DNA of 64,000 bases from Amoebophrya sp. A120 (Eukaryota; Protista; Dinoflagellata). Below, piece by piece: positions 36,432 to 50,900 of the stretch (the first letter of the stretch is position 1; every line of letters begins with the position of its first letter). Below the pieces are notes generated by a model. That model was not told the origin of the DNA. It saw only the letters and a program-made list of their open reading frames with translations, and did no database searches. Where the stretch lies: the NCBI GenBank assembly GCA_905178155.1, contig CAJINV010000004.1:2916460-2980459 (forward strand), given 5' to 3'. Both the position numbers and the translations under genes were made by a program.

Positions 36432-39400
36432 CTATCGTCGCTTTTTCTTAGCGGGCCTGGAAGATGCCTCCACGAGCTCCTCATCGTCATCGCTTCGGTC
36501 TTGCCGACGACGCCCTCGCTCCCGATCGCGGTCTCGTCGGTTCGTAACGTCCTCTATCTCGTCGTCGTCGTTGTCTTTATTTTCGTCGGCTGAGCCGCCT
36601 CTAGTTCGGCCACGGTCCCGCTCTGATCTGGTGCCGTTATTCCTTCTACTGCTCTTGTCTCGGCGTTCTCGTTTGGAGGTTGTCGTGTTTCTGTCCTTTT
36701 CGTCCTCTCCACCGCTTACTATTTCATCTGGCCTGTCCTGTGTCGACCGCCGGTCTCGCCTGTCTGCTCGCTCTCGTCTTTCTTCACGAGGGGAAACCTT
36801 ATCACCTCCGCCCCGACGCTTGTTGTCCTTTTCGTCCCTACTTCGTGGACGAGATCTCCGGTCTTCAGCAGCGTCACCCCGACCACCCCGTCTTTCCCGG
36901 TCCCTGTCACGCCGATCGTCGCGCCGAGATCGCGAAGGGGCACGTGGTCTTTCCCGGTCGTGGTTCTCTCCACCTGCTCGTGGCGACCTTCTATCGCGGT
37001 TCTTGTTCTCTCTTTGTTCCCGATCGCGGTCTTGATTTCTTCGTTCTTTCTCCTTCATGTCTCGTGGTCGTTCGACAAGAACTTCATCTTCGCCTTGTTC
37101 CTCGTCCGTTGAACGTTTATTTTCTCCGGTCTTGTTTTCTGGGGTACTACGGTCGTCCCTACGACCCCCTCCCCGTCGCGCCTCCCGGTCCCGCTCCCGC
37201 TCCCTCTCCCGCTCCTTTTCCCGCTCGCTTCTACTCACCGCCTCCTGAATTTTCCTCACGCGCTCCTCGACCTGCTCCTTGAACCGCGTCGGCCACGGCG
37301 CAATCACTGCGGGGAGAAACATCTCGGACTCTTTCTGGAGGAGCAGTTCGTAGTTGTGTTTCCCCAGTCGCCGAAGTAGCTTTTTGGTCAACGTCTTCCA
37401 GAAAGATTTTTCCACCTGGGGTATCTCGTTGGAGGTGGTCCCATCCTCGGCGGAGGAGTTGTCGTTTTGGTTTTTGTCGTTAATGTTCATACTTTCCTGT
37501 CGCTGCAGTTGCTCGTCCTGGAGAAAGTTTCCCACGATCATACCGAGTTCCAGCATTTGCTTCATGGACAGCTGGTTCTGCTCCCGCTCGAGTTCCAACC
37601 GCTTCCTCGTAACTTCGTCAACTTGTTGGTCCTTGTCCGCCTTCCGTTCCTTCCTGTCTTCCTCCTGCAGCAAAGACCAGCTGGATTTCATCTCCGTCAG
37701 CATCTGGTCCCAGAACGCCAGCAATTGGTTCAATTCCTTGCGTATTCTGTGCAAAAGTATCGCACTCGTAGTAATTATCGCAGTCATGCATTACAAATCT
37801 CCATCCCAAGGCAAAACAGCATCACAAATTCCAATTATCATTTTGAGGTAATCGTAATTTGTATTGCAGTTACTACTAGTACGATACTTTTGCAGTTCAT
37901 ATTGCGCAGATCCGCGGACCGCATTTGGAAGTTTATCGTGGAAGACAAAAGCCCTTCCGTGTAGCAAAGGAGCTGCGGAAGCGGTAGGGACGAAACCCGG
38001 TTTTGCACGTCCTGGCTGGCGGCCTCGAAAAATTGCACCACTTCCAGGGGCATGTCGTCCAGGGAAAGCGCGCCACAAACACTGTTGCAAGCGAGCAGCA
38101 CCTTGGTCAGGTCCCTGAGAGGAGTGAGGAGGAAGGTTAGAGGTAGTGCTAGATGTTTTTGATGGTCGTGACAGATTTTTTTGAGGGAACAAGGCAAAGA
38201 ATTCACACAAAAAAAGCTATAAGCCTATCATAAAGGCGACGACGTTCTTCTTGACTTGTTTGTTCTACTTCATCCAGCGGCGCAAGAAGGAATGATAAAT
38301 AATCAAGCCAAAAAAACCGTAATCTCAAGTACTTTCCCGATGAAAAGTCGGCGACTTTGACTTTCCCAAACGCGGTCACGAACGCGCTTGTCAAATGCGG
38401 TCGCACCTCCGTGTCCAACAGCGCCTCACTCTCCGGGTCGGTCGCCAACCGCGCGAAGGCCTTGGCCAGAAGGAACAGGAGCTGACTCACCTCGTTGGTC
38501 TTCAGCGTGCTTTTGATGTGCATTGGTGCCGCTTTCGCGATGTCGGTTAACCGTACCCGACTTAACCGCACCGACTGGCTGGCGGCCTGCGCCAGGTGAA
38601 TCAGCGCGGGCGGCGTGGCAAGGAAGGGTGAGACGTCGTTCAGAATATTTGCCGTCGCTTCCTCGGGCGCCGTTTCGCGATCCAGGTGGGCGGCGACCCC
38701 CAGGGCAAGGACTTCGGCAAAATCGTCCTTATGCAGCTGGCCACGTGAAAACTCCACGATGCAAGCGTCGACTAGGGTGGGGATCTGTCAAGGGTAGTAG
38801 TTTCGTGGAGATGTTTATTTTCAATTTTATCATCGATTATGCACAAAATCGAACTCGAAGTAGTCAAAGAAAAGATTAGCATTAGTTTCGATCGTGCAAA
38901 AAATTGAAGTCCAAATTCATTATTCATCGGGTGAAAAGCAAACATCCATCGTATAAAGTACCTCAGCCACGCAGAGCAGGATGTCTCGCTTTTTCGGGCT
39001 TAGCGTTTCTTTGGGAAGCTTCTGCAGCAGCGCCCGGCCGACCGTCTCGACAAAGAGCGGCATCTCCATTTTCCTTGCGGTTTTCACCACCCCTAGTAGC
39101 TTTTCCGTCGAGCTGCCACTAATCGCGTCCGCGCACAACACGCTCAACTGCGTGTCCACGTCCGCGGCCTTCAATGGCAGAGTGAGCAGCACTTCCAGCT
39201 CCTCAATGCTCGCAATCCGCCAGTACTTGAGCAAGGTGGTCGACACCGTGTCACTACTGCCGTTCGAAAACGCTTGATACGCCCCGTCTAGCTTTTTCGC
39301 AAACAGCTCCGCGAGCTTCTCCCGCACTTTCAGTTTCGCCTGACTCAGGTTCTTATCCTCGATGCTGTTGATCAGTAAATCGAGGGTGACAAACCGGTGC

Positions 39401-41567
39401 AACTCCAAACTCGGATCGTGGAAGCAGCTGTCAACGATCATCGGCAGAGCGGTGAGTAATTTCTTCTGCGCCGTCAGTTTGTCCACCGCGTACTGAATGT
39501 TGTCGCTGCTGGAGGTAGATGTTGCAGAAGTAGATACTGGTCCTCCTGCTTCGTTAGAAGTTGTGCCGCTAGTACTAGCACTACTCCCCGTATCCTTCCA
39601 CAGCACCATCAAGCACCGCTCGACAGTTTCCAAGTGCAGCTTTTCCAGCCCGCTTGGATCCGCCTCGGCGATCGGGCCCGCTAGGTCGGTGCCCTTCTTC
39701 GCTTTTCGCAGCGCGTGGGCGAGCTGCTCGTCCCGGGTACGGAGCTTCACCTTCCCGTTGCTGTAGTACCACTGTTGCCAGTGCGCGTCGAAGTAGGTCT
39801 CGAAATCCTCCACGTCCCACACGGACGTGCCCAGGATGTTCCGGAAGTACATCGCAACCGACTCGTGGGTCCGCAACCGGTCGAGCTCCACGTAGCCGTG
39901 TTCGTCCTTGGAGAGGTCCTTCATGCTATCGCGAGGAAAAATCCCCCCGCACCATATTGAAACGGAAATTTGTGATGCTGATTTGTGACCACAAATCAGC
40001 TTTGTCTTGCGTACAAGGCAAACGGCACCCATGTGCCGCATTGTGCAGCCAGTCTGTCATGCGTTTTCGCCTATGTCAGACTTGTTTCTCATGCGCAGCT
40101 GCAAGCCGGATGCGTGTCCAAAATGGCCTTAGAATATGCCGACAAGCTCTTGCTGCAATACAAAGCTCATTTGTGTACACAAATCCAACAACACAAATTG
40201 TCTTTTGCGTATGGGGTGGGGGCTTTTTTCACTTTGATACATGCTGGGAACCAGGACCTCCTCCATAGTCACATACTTGAACATCGTGTCGTATTTTACC
40301 TGATAGTGGACCAACATATAACTTTGATGAAGATCATGTGGCAATGCTAATGGCAGCTCCTACATGATGTTGAAATTGGTTTTGTAACTACAACTACAGG
40401 CTCAAGATCTACAAGTAGAGAAGCACTACTTATTTCAGCGCAATTTATACAAAAATCGAAATTTATACCAGCATGAAATCGACGCTGGTTTTCTCCGCGT
40501 CTTCCATCTGTTTGATGACCCGCAGATGGTTGGGCTCTTTGTACGCTAAATACGCCCCCGGGTAGTAGGCGGCCTCAAAGCGGAAGGCGTTGGTCATGGT
40601 CGGGGAGGGTACCGCGATGAAGTTGATCAGGTTCCCGAGTTGCGAGCTCGTCAGCTGCAGTTCGGATTCGAGAACCTCATCCGTCAATTCGCTAAAGGTG
40701 AGGTTCATTCCGCCGGAAAATCCCACCGCCGCGGTCGCGGCCGGGCGGATGCGGCACATGTTGTTCACCTCGGGCAGCCAGTACAGATTGAATTTTGTTT
40801 TTTCGAAAAAGGGGAGAAATTCCGCCTTCACATCCTCCCGGGACTGAACGAACAGGTTGCTGCCCTGGTAACGGATGAATTTCTGCGAATTCCCCAGCGG
40901 ACAGAGCATGAACTCCTTCGGGATGGCCATCCGCGGCGCGATGCCGGAGGTGGGGAGGGAGACGCCATTGCGCTTACGCTCCAACGCAGCGATCTGCTCG
41001 TCGTAACTGTAGTTTTTTTCGTTGTGGGGAGGGAATGAGGAAATAGGATTTTTTTGGACATTCTTTTCGACGCGTTGAAACGTTCTTGATATCCGCGCTC
41101 ATCTTGCATAAATCACCATGTGCCAACAGTATCACCAGAACACGGTCACAGAGAGATGTAGTCTCGATCAGGATTCAGGTCACGTTTATGATCAAAACAG
41201 ATTTATGCAACAAAAATACAGAACAAATGTATCAGTTGTATAAGTAGTACGCCTGCTTCTTGGCCGGGTTGCTGAGTGTTTCGTACGCGTTGTTGATATC
41301 TCGGATCATTTCATCCGCCTTTTCCCTCTCCGTGGGGTGTTTGTCCGGGTGCCACTTGATGACCAATTTTCGGTAGCTCTTCTTGATGACCTCCGGCGTA
41401 GTGGACTTGTCCACGCCGAGGACCGCGTAAAAGTCCAGCATTTCGCTGTTTTCCGTTTTCGGCTTGTTTTTTTGCTCGTCTTGCTGGGATGAAGCCCCCG
41501 CCGCGTCTGGGTCTTGGTCATTTGACCCGGTCGTGGCAGGCTTCTGTTGATCTGCTGTTGTGCTCAT
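36432..41567 (-). CDS. DnaJ/J-domain protein with AbfB-like beta-trefoil segment and Arg/Asp-rich tail
   Basis: J domain DFYAVLGV...KWHPDKHP...NAYETLSNP; FRFEAAYYPGAYL. Four GT-AG introns (e.g. 40300-40468) and introners at 39927 and 37743 give one continuous frame. Confidence 0.8.
37743..37901. mobile_element. Introner, family A (159 bp)
   Basis: TTGCG|TATTCTGTGCAAAAGTATCG...CGATACTTTTGCAGTTCATA|TTGCG. Removal gives ADLRKELNQ. Confidence 0.92.
39927..40239. mobile_element. Introner
   Basis: CATGC|TATCGCGAGGAAAAATCCCCCCGCACCATA...TATGGGGTGGGGGCTTTTTTCACTTTGATA|CATGC. Removal gives VPSMKDLS. Confidence 0.88.
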
Positions 41568-42599
41568 CTTGTTGGACGAGGGAGTTGCGAAGGCGAGTCG
41601 TGAAAAATAAGTGCGAACAGGAACAAACCGCTTAGGCGGGCGGGTTTTTGCACAAACTCCGTACTATCGATACAAACCGACGTCGTCCACTCGTTCCTCC
41701 GCTCAGGGTCGCTTGATGGCGGTGGGCGTGGTGTTGCCGCAAGTGATGTCGCCGTCGCTTCTGAGGAGGATAATGCGATTGATCATGTGCAGCCGAAGAT
41801 GACACGACTAGGACTACAGGAACAGACTACGATCACAATGGTCCATCTACAAGAACTTAAGGGAAGAGAGTCACGGACTAGAGCGCTCTATCACTAGGCT
41901 CCACTTGTTGTTGCGAATCATAGTTCTCATTCTGTATATTGTAGGCACACTATGAATGCTCTTGTCAGTCCTTGTTGTAGAAGTGGCAGAAATAAAAGAA
42001 GATGAAGCGCGATTTTGATTTTCTTCGCCATCAAAATTGCTAGAATTTCAGGAGCTGGGTGGAGATCCGCTTACTCAAAGTGTCAAGACGGTACTGCGGT
42101 GGCGCTGCAAGCCACCCCTGATACAGACACACGTATATAGAAGTTTGCGGCTATAGACAATTTATCGATCTTTTCAAATGAGACACTTCAATCAAGAAAT
42201 GAAACGCACTTGCATTGGGTGTTCAGCAACATGATCTACAATGCAAAAGACAAATTTGAATTTCGCTGACCTCATCTTCGTTCTACTTGAATCCTCATTT
42301 TCTGATACTTATCACCCTAAGTACAATCAGTGATCGTGTGTCTGTTTCTGTGCAAATACGCACACTGTCAATACTACTTACGCCTAAAAATTTGCATTTT
42401 GTTTGTTTTGATGATATATTGTGAACAACTAATGCAGTTTGTGGATTGACTCCACTTCTGACGCAGGTCCAGATCCATCAAAAAATCACAAGTGAAAAAC
42501 TAAAAGACAATCGATCTACTTACGCGGCTGGTCGCAGGACGTAAATCTAAGTCAACATGTAGTCTTCTGGCAGAGAAATACGTCATTCATTTCATACAA

Positions 42600-44560
42600 C
42601 ACCGGCCTCTCAAGGTGTGATCTTGCACTAGTGTGCCCCCCCAGTGCTAAAATCCCGCAACTTCATGATCGGTCTCCTTCTCCGGGATGGTGCTTCTAGT
42701 GTTGTATGTTCTTACGCCGCCGAGGGCCAAAATGAGAAAAAAAAAACTAAAACTAGAACTTGAACTACAACTGCCGCCAAGGAGTATAATGCAAGACCAC
42801 GAAGTCACAGCATCAAAAAGATCTGACCAATGAACACCAGCATGGGGGCGGAACCTTGCGTGCGCAGTTGTCAGGCGGGTCGGAAAATCGGACAAATAAA
42901 CATGTCTCATCTATATCGCCCAGGGCGAAATTTGCCCGAAGCACATGTTGCGCAATTCAGAACGGCAATTCGACCCGAAGTCCCTCTGCCACAGGCCGCG
43001 CCCACCCCGGGCGCGCGCGGCGACCGGGGTAAGTCAGTTGACTCACTCCTCTCCCGCGCGCGCCGGCCACAACTAGGTAGCCCGCTGACCATCCAGCAGG
43101 ATGGGCGCGGCAGGATCGGGTTGGTGGGCGAACATCTGGCCGCCCCCACCGCCCACGCAAATTTAACTGCTGCCACCCACCCCTCCCTCAGAGTGAGAGA
43201 GACGCCCACGCCCGCCACGCCCCTACCGTGGCTGGCAGGGCGGGGGCGCAAGAATGCAGCCGCCTATAGGCGACCGCGCCGGGGCCTACCGGGCGCGAGG
43301 AAGGGGCGGGCGCTAGCTAACGCGGCGCGCGAAGGCCCGCCCGCCGCGCGCCCCCCCCGCCGTCCGGCCCAAATACCCGCCAAGAGGGCCGCCCAGCCCG
43401 GGCAATCAACAACAGCACGGACCGCGCTCCCTCTGTCTCCTGGTCCTTCTTGGCGGCGCGCCATCGGCCGCGACCAGTTTCCAACCGGAAGAGCGCGCTT
43501 TGCTCCTTCCGGGCCCGCCGGCCCGCCGGGGCACCCAAAGCGGCCGCCTTCGGGGCCGGAAATATTCCCCCGGAAGGCGGGCCGCCCGAAGCCCCGCGCA
43601 TTTCCCTAGGTGGCCGCGCCGAAGAGGTCCCTACCTTCGGGAAGGCGCGGCCGTTTGGCGGTGTTGCTGCCTGGGCCCCCGCTTCGCACCAACCGAAAAG
43701 CACAAAACGCAAAGCCCAAGGGGGCAGATGCTTTGCGCTCCTAGCAAGCCGAGCGGCGCGGCCGGCCTCTTCCCACTGGTGTACATGGCGACGAAATCCA
43801 ACAAACGCGGCAAGGGTTACGACAGAACACAACTCGCCGCGCTATGCCTATGCGCCACCCGCGGGCGCGCGGGGCTTCGTTCGTGGTGGCTGTGGGAACG
43901 TGGGGCGCAACATGCTGGAACACCCGGGGCGGGCGGGCGCGCCTAAGGCACCGACCCGGGCCGGCCCTTGGGGGGCACAGGCAGCGGGGGGCCCAAGGGG
44001 GAAGGGCCCACCACACCCTGTCCCGCAAACGCGTGCGCCTGCCCGGGAGCGCGCGGGGCCCGCCTGCGCGCGTTCGCTCCCCCTGTGGCGCATGCTTAGC
44101 GGGCTGCGCCTTGCGCTTCGCGCACAATAGTAACTAGGCCCAAGTCCGGCGCCCGCTGTTTTCTGAGGCGTAGCGGCCTGCTTTGTCGAAAGGGGCCGCA
44201 AGAACTTCGCCAAGCTCTGCGCGCTGATCATCGCACGGACGCCCGGCGCCTCCCGCGGCGGAGCGGGCGCCCGCTGCGCCTCTCGCCTTGGGCCGACTGG
44301 AAAAACCTGCGCGCCCACCCAAGCAGCGCCGTGCCGCGGCTGTGTCTGTTCGCGCGAACTATGTCACGCGCGGCATCCTTTCCACACAACGCACCAGCCG
44401 GAAGCCCATGCCACGCACTGCCGCGGCCCCCGCCGGGGGGCTTTATCGACGGCGCAACCGCCGCGACCTTTCTGCCCCGGCCCCTCGACGCCTTCACGGC
44501 CCTGGCAACGGCCTTCCTCTAGTTGGCCTTTGCGGTGGAGAAGCGCTCTAGGGACCCAGC
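42600..44560. other. Intergenic repeat relic with GC-rich degenerate island (~42960-44560)
   Basis: About 1.6 kb of extreme GC content with spurious ORFs in all six frames, between the DnaJ and DPY19 genes. Confidence 0.6.
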
Positions 44561-44957
44561 CTAAGGCTCTTTGACTTTGACATCGAGACCGCATGATGCA
44601 ATTACAGAACTCCGAACACATCCTTTTCGGTATTATGCTTCAGTTCAGACATTGCAAAAGTGTCTGAGGAACGTTCTAGCTCTAGGGCTTTTGAAATTTT
44701 AATACTTATTTCGCGAAATAGCAAACATCCCGGCATCTTGTTCGATGCGCGCTACATTCTTTCACTTCTTAGTAAGTACCAAGGTAGTGCCACCTATAAT
44801 GAACGAGCATGATCACAACTACTCGCTAACAGCCAAGTCACTAGAGCCGCCTTCTCGAAACGCATTCCACGACAATGTCAACGATCATTTCATACGGTCC
44901 ACCACCTTTCCATCCAAAAAACACATCAATTCCACACCAACTCCACACTAAAACTCT

Positions 44958-47900
44958 TCAACACCACCTGCCCAAATCCGCTTCCGTCTTGACCCCGTAC
45001 CCCTTCAGCGGGATGTTCATCAACGGTTGAAAATCCGCGAACACGTCCCCGACGTAACTCGCGTACGGATCTTCTTGCTTCCAGTTCATCCGCACCAGCA
45101 GCGGCTCCACCACCGCTGCGACTTGTGGGAACGCCGAGCGCAAAACCGTTTCGAACTTGACGCGGTCCGTAACCTCGCGGTCGTGCTGGTCGGTTGCCAG
45201 GTACACGTTGTTGCTCAAACACCAGTGCACCGGCGAGCGTTTGCGGACGTAGCTGATCAACTTCGCCGCGGTGGCTTTGTCATTCTCAAAGTTGTCCTTC
45301 AGACTCACGTATCAAATGCAAAAATGTCTGGGTCTGGAAGACTACGAGATTTGTCATGCTTGTCTGGGATGACCAAAAAGTTTGTGATGCGTGTCCTAGA
45401 AGAGACGATTTTGCCTGTCATGCAAAAACGCAGTTTGTCATGCGAAAAACGCAACACAAAGAAGCGCAGATATTTCTCATGCTTGACTGTGCATGACAGA
45501 GCATTCCCTAGTCCCAACGCAGCATCACAAGTTTCCAGACCCAGACATTTTTACATTTGATATCACGGCGACGTCGCACAGCAGCCGCTGGTTCGCATGG
45601 TGCCGCCAGTCGTAGGGGGCGTGGAGGATCGTGTGCACCGCCTCACGGGACTTCTCCGGATTTTGCACGGAGAGATCCAGGTAGTTCAAATACTCCCCCG
45701 CCATCATGGCATTCATCGAGGGAGGTGGGAGGTAAGAGTCTGACTTCGACGAGGACCACCTCGATGTCGTCGTCGTATCGTTATTGTTCCCCCCGCCGTT
45801 ATTTTGTACTATATCCCTACTTCCAAACACCGGCAGTGGCACCGCGATGTCGTTCACAATCCGTGCCACTTGCTTCTTCACTTCACTGTGCTGCTGCTTT
45901 TTTGATAACCGCGAGCTAGATTTGCTGCGGTGGTGTGCTGTTTTTTCCAAAAGTCCGCTTCTTTGTTGATGTATCATCTCAAACGCCTCCCCGTACTTTT
46001 TCTCAGCCTGTTTCTGGTTTTTGAAGTTGTAATCTAGATACCGACCTTTCATAAACACGACGAGCGGATCTCTCCCACAAGTACTCGCGAATTGCTTCTC
46101 CAAGGCGTCCATCAACGCAATACCGATCTGCTTCAAGTGCGGACTTTTCTCCCGTGAGTCGGGGCTGAACCACATCTGCGCCAGCTCCGCGAAGCTGGCA
46201 CAATCGGCATCCGACTCCTGAATAATCGCGGCCCAGTAATCTTCGGAGAGCAGGGACTCCTCTAAACTCAGGGTAGAAGTGAAGGAGTCGAGAAAAAAAG
46301 GGAAGGTGGAGGAGTCTGCCAATACGCCACCGCTCGTGGAGGTGCTCTTTTTTGCTTGTTTTCGTCGTTTCTCCCTCTTCTTCTCATACTTGAGCCGCTC
46401 TTTGCGCTCACGAACCAACTGCTTCTCGATGAACTTCTGCATCCGCGGCCCGCGGGTTGTTGTAATTGTCTGCGTAGTTCGTGTCGGAGGCGCTGCTCGT
46501 CGTGTAGTTCCCCCGCTCGATGACGGCGCGTCATTATTCCGGCTTGTCTTGACATTTTCCACCTCACCGTCGATCGCACTGCCATCGAGAGCACTACTGG
46601 AGCGCGGTGGACTTTCAGTCGCAATAGACGTCATCTCTTCGTCAACTCCCGCTGAGTCCCAGCCGAGATCATCGTCGTCCTCCCTGCCACCTCCAGAAGC
46701 AGAGGACCTTGTCGTAACAACCCGCCGATACGACCGGTAGTTCCGCTGGGAAGTTGTGCTTGCAGCACTTGTTGAGGAAGTAGTTGTGGAGCTGGTTGCG
46801 GAGGGTTGCGGAACCGGTATTGATCCACCGGAAGGAGCTCCGACTTCACTACTTGGATTGTTCACAGTCTGCACGCCCTCGTCCGGGGAAACCCGTTCAA
46901 AAAGCGAATACGCCGTGTTCGCAAAGCGGAACCGGAAGTGGAGGGGATTGAAGAACAGGCTTCGGCAGACCAGGGCAAACTTATGACAGGGCACAACTCC
47001 CCATCCCCTTCCCCCTCATTTGTGTTGCATGAACAGCAACACAAGAAACAGCAGAAAAGCGGCTTTCGCATGACAAATCTGCATGCGGATTGTAGTACTA
47101 TTTGAGGTTTCAAAATTTGTCATGCTAGCAGCGCTTACGAGCAAGGCGCGAGTTTGGTATTTTGCAAGACAAAGGAGGGGGAGGGGGGGTTGTGCACTGT
47201 CATAAAACTGGTCCACTTTCTCCCTTTCCCCCGTTTCCGCGTCTAGTACTTTCCCAAACTGCTTTTCCGTGTTCCTGTCACAATTCGAGCCTTTGATTTT
47301 CGAGGAATACTCCTCGTCGACGAGGAAGGGCGTGAAGAAGCACCGCCGGTTGTCAATCACCACGAAGCGCGCGTGCAGCGGTTTCATGATTTGGTAGGAA
47401 AACACCTCCGGGGTGGTGCAGTGGTACAGACCGGAGTAGAGAAACTGCACCCGGCGCCGCAACTCCTCCGACTCGTAGTGGGGGTGCACGATGAGGGGCG
47501 CCTTGGTGAACTGCCGTAGGGCGCCCAGAGTGCTCATCGAACCGGCTATGGAAGTAGAAGGCCTTGGGCTCGACGGTAGAGCGATGGATGTGGTAGCGGG
47601 AGAGGGCCGCGGTACTATGTTCGCGCTTCTGCTTGTCCTTGCTGGCTGCAACGCAGTTGAAGTGCTTGGAATCACGAAATCAAACCCGTTCTGATTCCAC
47701 ATGATTCGCTTTATTTTCCCAGAGGTCGTGTGAGTGTGCAGACGATTGACATGCGCGTGCTCCTGTGCAGCTGCAGCCTCAAGAGCAGGAGAACCAACAT
47801 TAATACCTTCAAGCTCTTCACGACTATCGACAATGCGCTGATTAATGTACCCAGCGAGTTCTAAAATGTCTTTGCTGCCGCTGAAGACGTAGCTCACAGC

Positions 47901-50900
47901 CCTTCCACAAACGTGGTTTTCGTTTTTGTCCGTGGGTAGGCCGCAGGGCAGCCAGGAAAGCGTGAGCTTTGCGTAGAGAAAGAACCCGTAGCAAGAGGCC
48001 GCAAGCAGGACGAAGGAAACCAGGCGTCGAATCTTACTTAGTAAGGCTGCTAAGGTGCAGAGTGTGGCTCTACTATTTTTCGGCACAAGGAAGTTGCTGT
48101 TATTTTCATCACCTCCGTTACCGTTTTTGCTGCAGAGGATGCTGGCTATCCTTCCGCCAAACGCGGCGCGCCTTACCCGCGAGGCGCAACAACTTACAGA
48201 TTCGGTCACCGGGTCGGTTTGGCAATAGACAGTTATTTTTCTGGACAGTGGACCCTGATGTTGCGCTTGCGCAGCAGAAGTGTCCTTTCTTGTATTTTTC
48301 ATCGGAGGTGGAGGTCCACCTCGCAGCAAAGGTTGCTGGCGCGCCGTTTTGTTCACAGTCGGCGTACTTACCCGATTTTTCTTGGTGGTTGTGTTACAAG
48401 AACCTGTCGTCTCACTCGCCGAGTTTTTAGCCGCTGCCACTACCTTGTCCCTGTCCTCGTCACGAGTAGATAAAAATGCCAAACAACTCAGTTCCCCAAC
48501 CGGACACCGTTGCAAAAACCTCCAGGCTGTCGGCGCAGCGTTTATACAGGCGAAGACAATTGCGAACGGGGCGGCGAGTGACCTTAGCCTAGCGATCTGG
48601 TATCCAAGAAACGAGAACAGCACAAGCTGCAGGCAGAAAAAGTTCCGCATGTGTATCCCCGGACCGTAGGCGTTTGTCGTGAAGAGGTCCCTTCGCAAAT
48701 TGCGCGCCAAGACTTTCACAGACGGACTCATCTGCAGAAGTGCGGTGTACTTCGTGTGGTCTACTGTTTGAAGATGTTGAAGTTCGTTAGACCACCCTTC
48801 TTCTTCTTCATATTCGCTGCCGCTGGAAATTTCTGCACCACCGGTTTTAGTACAGCCATGTCCTCCAGCTGGCGAGGAGGAAGAGGATGCTACAAATTTT
48901 GTGTCCTCTTCATGGTTCCACATCGTCCCGCTTTTATTTTTCTTGAAGAACAGCAATACTCTCAGTACCGGGTCCACGAAAAAGTGCCACAAATTTTGCA
49001 GAAGCAACAAAGTTGCCCCCGCTAAACAAAGTTGCACAGTGTAGGTAGTGTGAAAAAAATCCACCACGTCCTGCGCGACCTTGTGGAAGACGCCCATGAC
49101 AAGATACAGTCGCGCGTTGAACGTTCGCGTTGCCGGACAGGGCCAGGCCTCGTACTCCGCTTTCGCGCAAAAAATCTCCAGAATGTGCGCGTCCCCGGTG
49201 AAACTCTTGCTGATGAAAAATCGCAGCACGCAAAAAACGAAAACCGCAAGCAACCCCTCCTTGAAAAACTGGAAGAAGCGAAAGCGGAATTTCGTAACGT
49301 AGTCGGCGCAAGAAGTGGAACTACTGCGATCCTCGCCGGCTGTGGGCGGTGTTGAAGTTGTGTAGTAATTCGCTTTGTTCTTGCTCCTCGACCCGTCGTC
49401 CCTGAAAACCCAGACCACCACTCTGAACGCCAGTAACTGCGACAGAAACAGGCTGCTGAGAATCAGTTCACTCCCCGAGAAGAGCACGATCGCGGAAGCG
49501 TAGGCGAGAAAGTAGAGGTTCAATAATTTCGCAAAAGTCTCGAAGGAAATGCCACGGCAGATGTACACAAAATACACCGCTGCGCCCTGCAGTGTGAGCA
49601 CAAACGGGGTAAACTGCCACACGAGCAAGGAAGCGAGCGTCGTGGTTGCGAAGAGGAGTTGTGTGGTCTTGAAGGAGGTGGTGTGTGCGAGGTTAATCCT
49701 GACGGGATTTTTCTCCTCCTGATCGTGTCGGCCAGCGGCACCACAACTTTTCTCCACGACACGTTGCAGCTCCGACTGCCAAAAGAACCGTAGCAGAAAG
49801 AAGATCTGCATGGCCAGCACCGGCTGCGCCCAGTTTTCACGCAGATTCATGCCGGTCGGGAGGAGCAAACGGGAAATTTGCGCTCGTTGTGTGTACAGGC
49901 AAACTAGGATCAAAAAACCTGCGCAAAGAGAAGAAATGCAGGCCTGCTGCAGGACGAAAACTTGAACTACGCCGGCCGCGGGGGTGCGACAACTACGTCG
50001 CGGGGAGAAATTATTGCTATGTCGCGACAAATTTCCGGTTCCTTTCTCAGTTGCACCTTCTTTGTCAAGTGGGTCCTGCTGCTCGTCAACCTTTTTGTGT
50101 GACGTCATTCCGGGACGTCGATCCACGACGACCTGCTGATCCTCCATGTCACAGTCGTCTCCTCCTTGAAGTGAAAACCCACTTCCTGCCCTGCGATTTC
50201 GAGCGTCAACACTACTAGTATCCTGTAGTTGTACCCCTCCTTGCTCCTCTTGCTGTGCGGAGGTGAACACGACCTCGCCATCATCGCTTGTCTCTTCTTG
50301 TTCTTCACCACGCGTCACCATTATCTTCACCCTCGGCACGAACTCGAACGCCATTGCCACCAGTGCTCCCTGTCCCAGGGCGTTGATCAGGAACAACACC
50401 AATTGGTAGAAATGCCAGGAGTACAGCGTGACTTCTTCCACCGACCAGCGTCTAGTGCTGGAGGTTGTAGTGGAAGTTGACTGCTCGTCTTCAAGCGCCA
50501 TAAACGCAACCCACAGCTCGTGGCAGTCATGCACCGCGCGGAACAAAACCCCGCATGACACCTCTGCGTAAATGTTGAAGCGCGACAACGCGTTGATATT
50601 GTTCGGATATTCCGACCTCTCGTCAAACAGCAGCTGCCTCCACGCGTCGGCCCAGCTCTCCGCGCGGATAAATTCTTCGTAGAACGAGTAGTAGAAACCA
50701 GACTCCGTGGTCAACGCCGAGGCCTGCACGACCAAAGTCGGGTGCTGGCTCCCCAGCTGCGAGTGGTAGGCAGCGAGGGTCTCGACTAGTAGCGCGAAAG
50801 AGGAGAGAGAGATCAGAAGCAGCTTGGCAGAGTAGAGGAAATGGTCCGACCAGGTGGGAAGGAAAGACGTCATCAACTTGGTTGACGAAGAGGATCTTGT

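Noticed and set aside
42830-44551. Many 60-260-aa ORFs in GC islands (also 3073-3526, 4904-5294, 8592-9315)
   Set aside because: They overlap in all six frames, are Ala/Arg/Pro/Gly-rich and lack motifs, as expected when stop codons are depleted by high GC.
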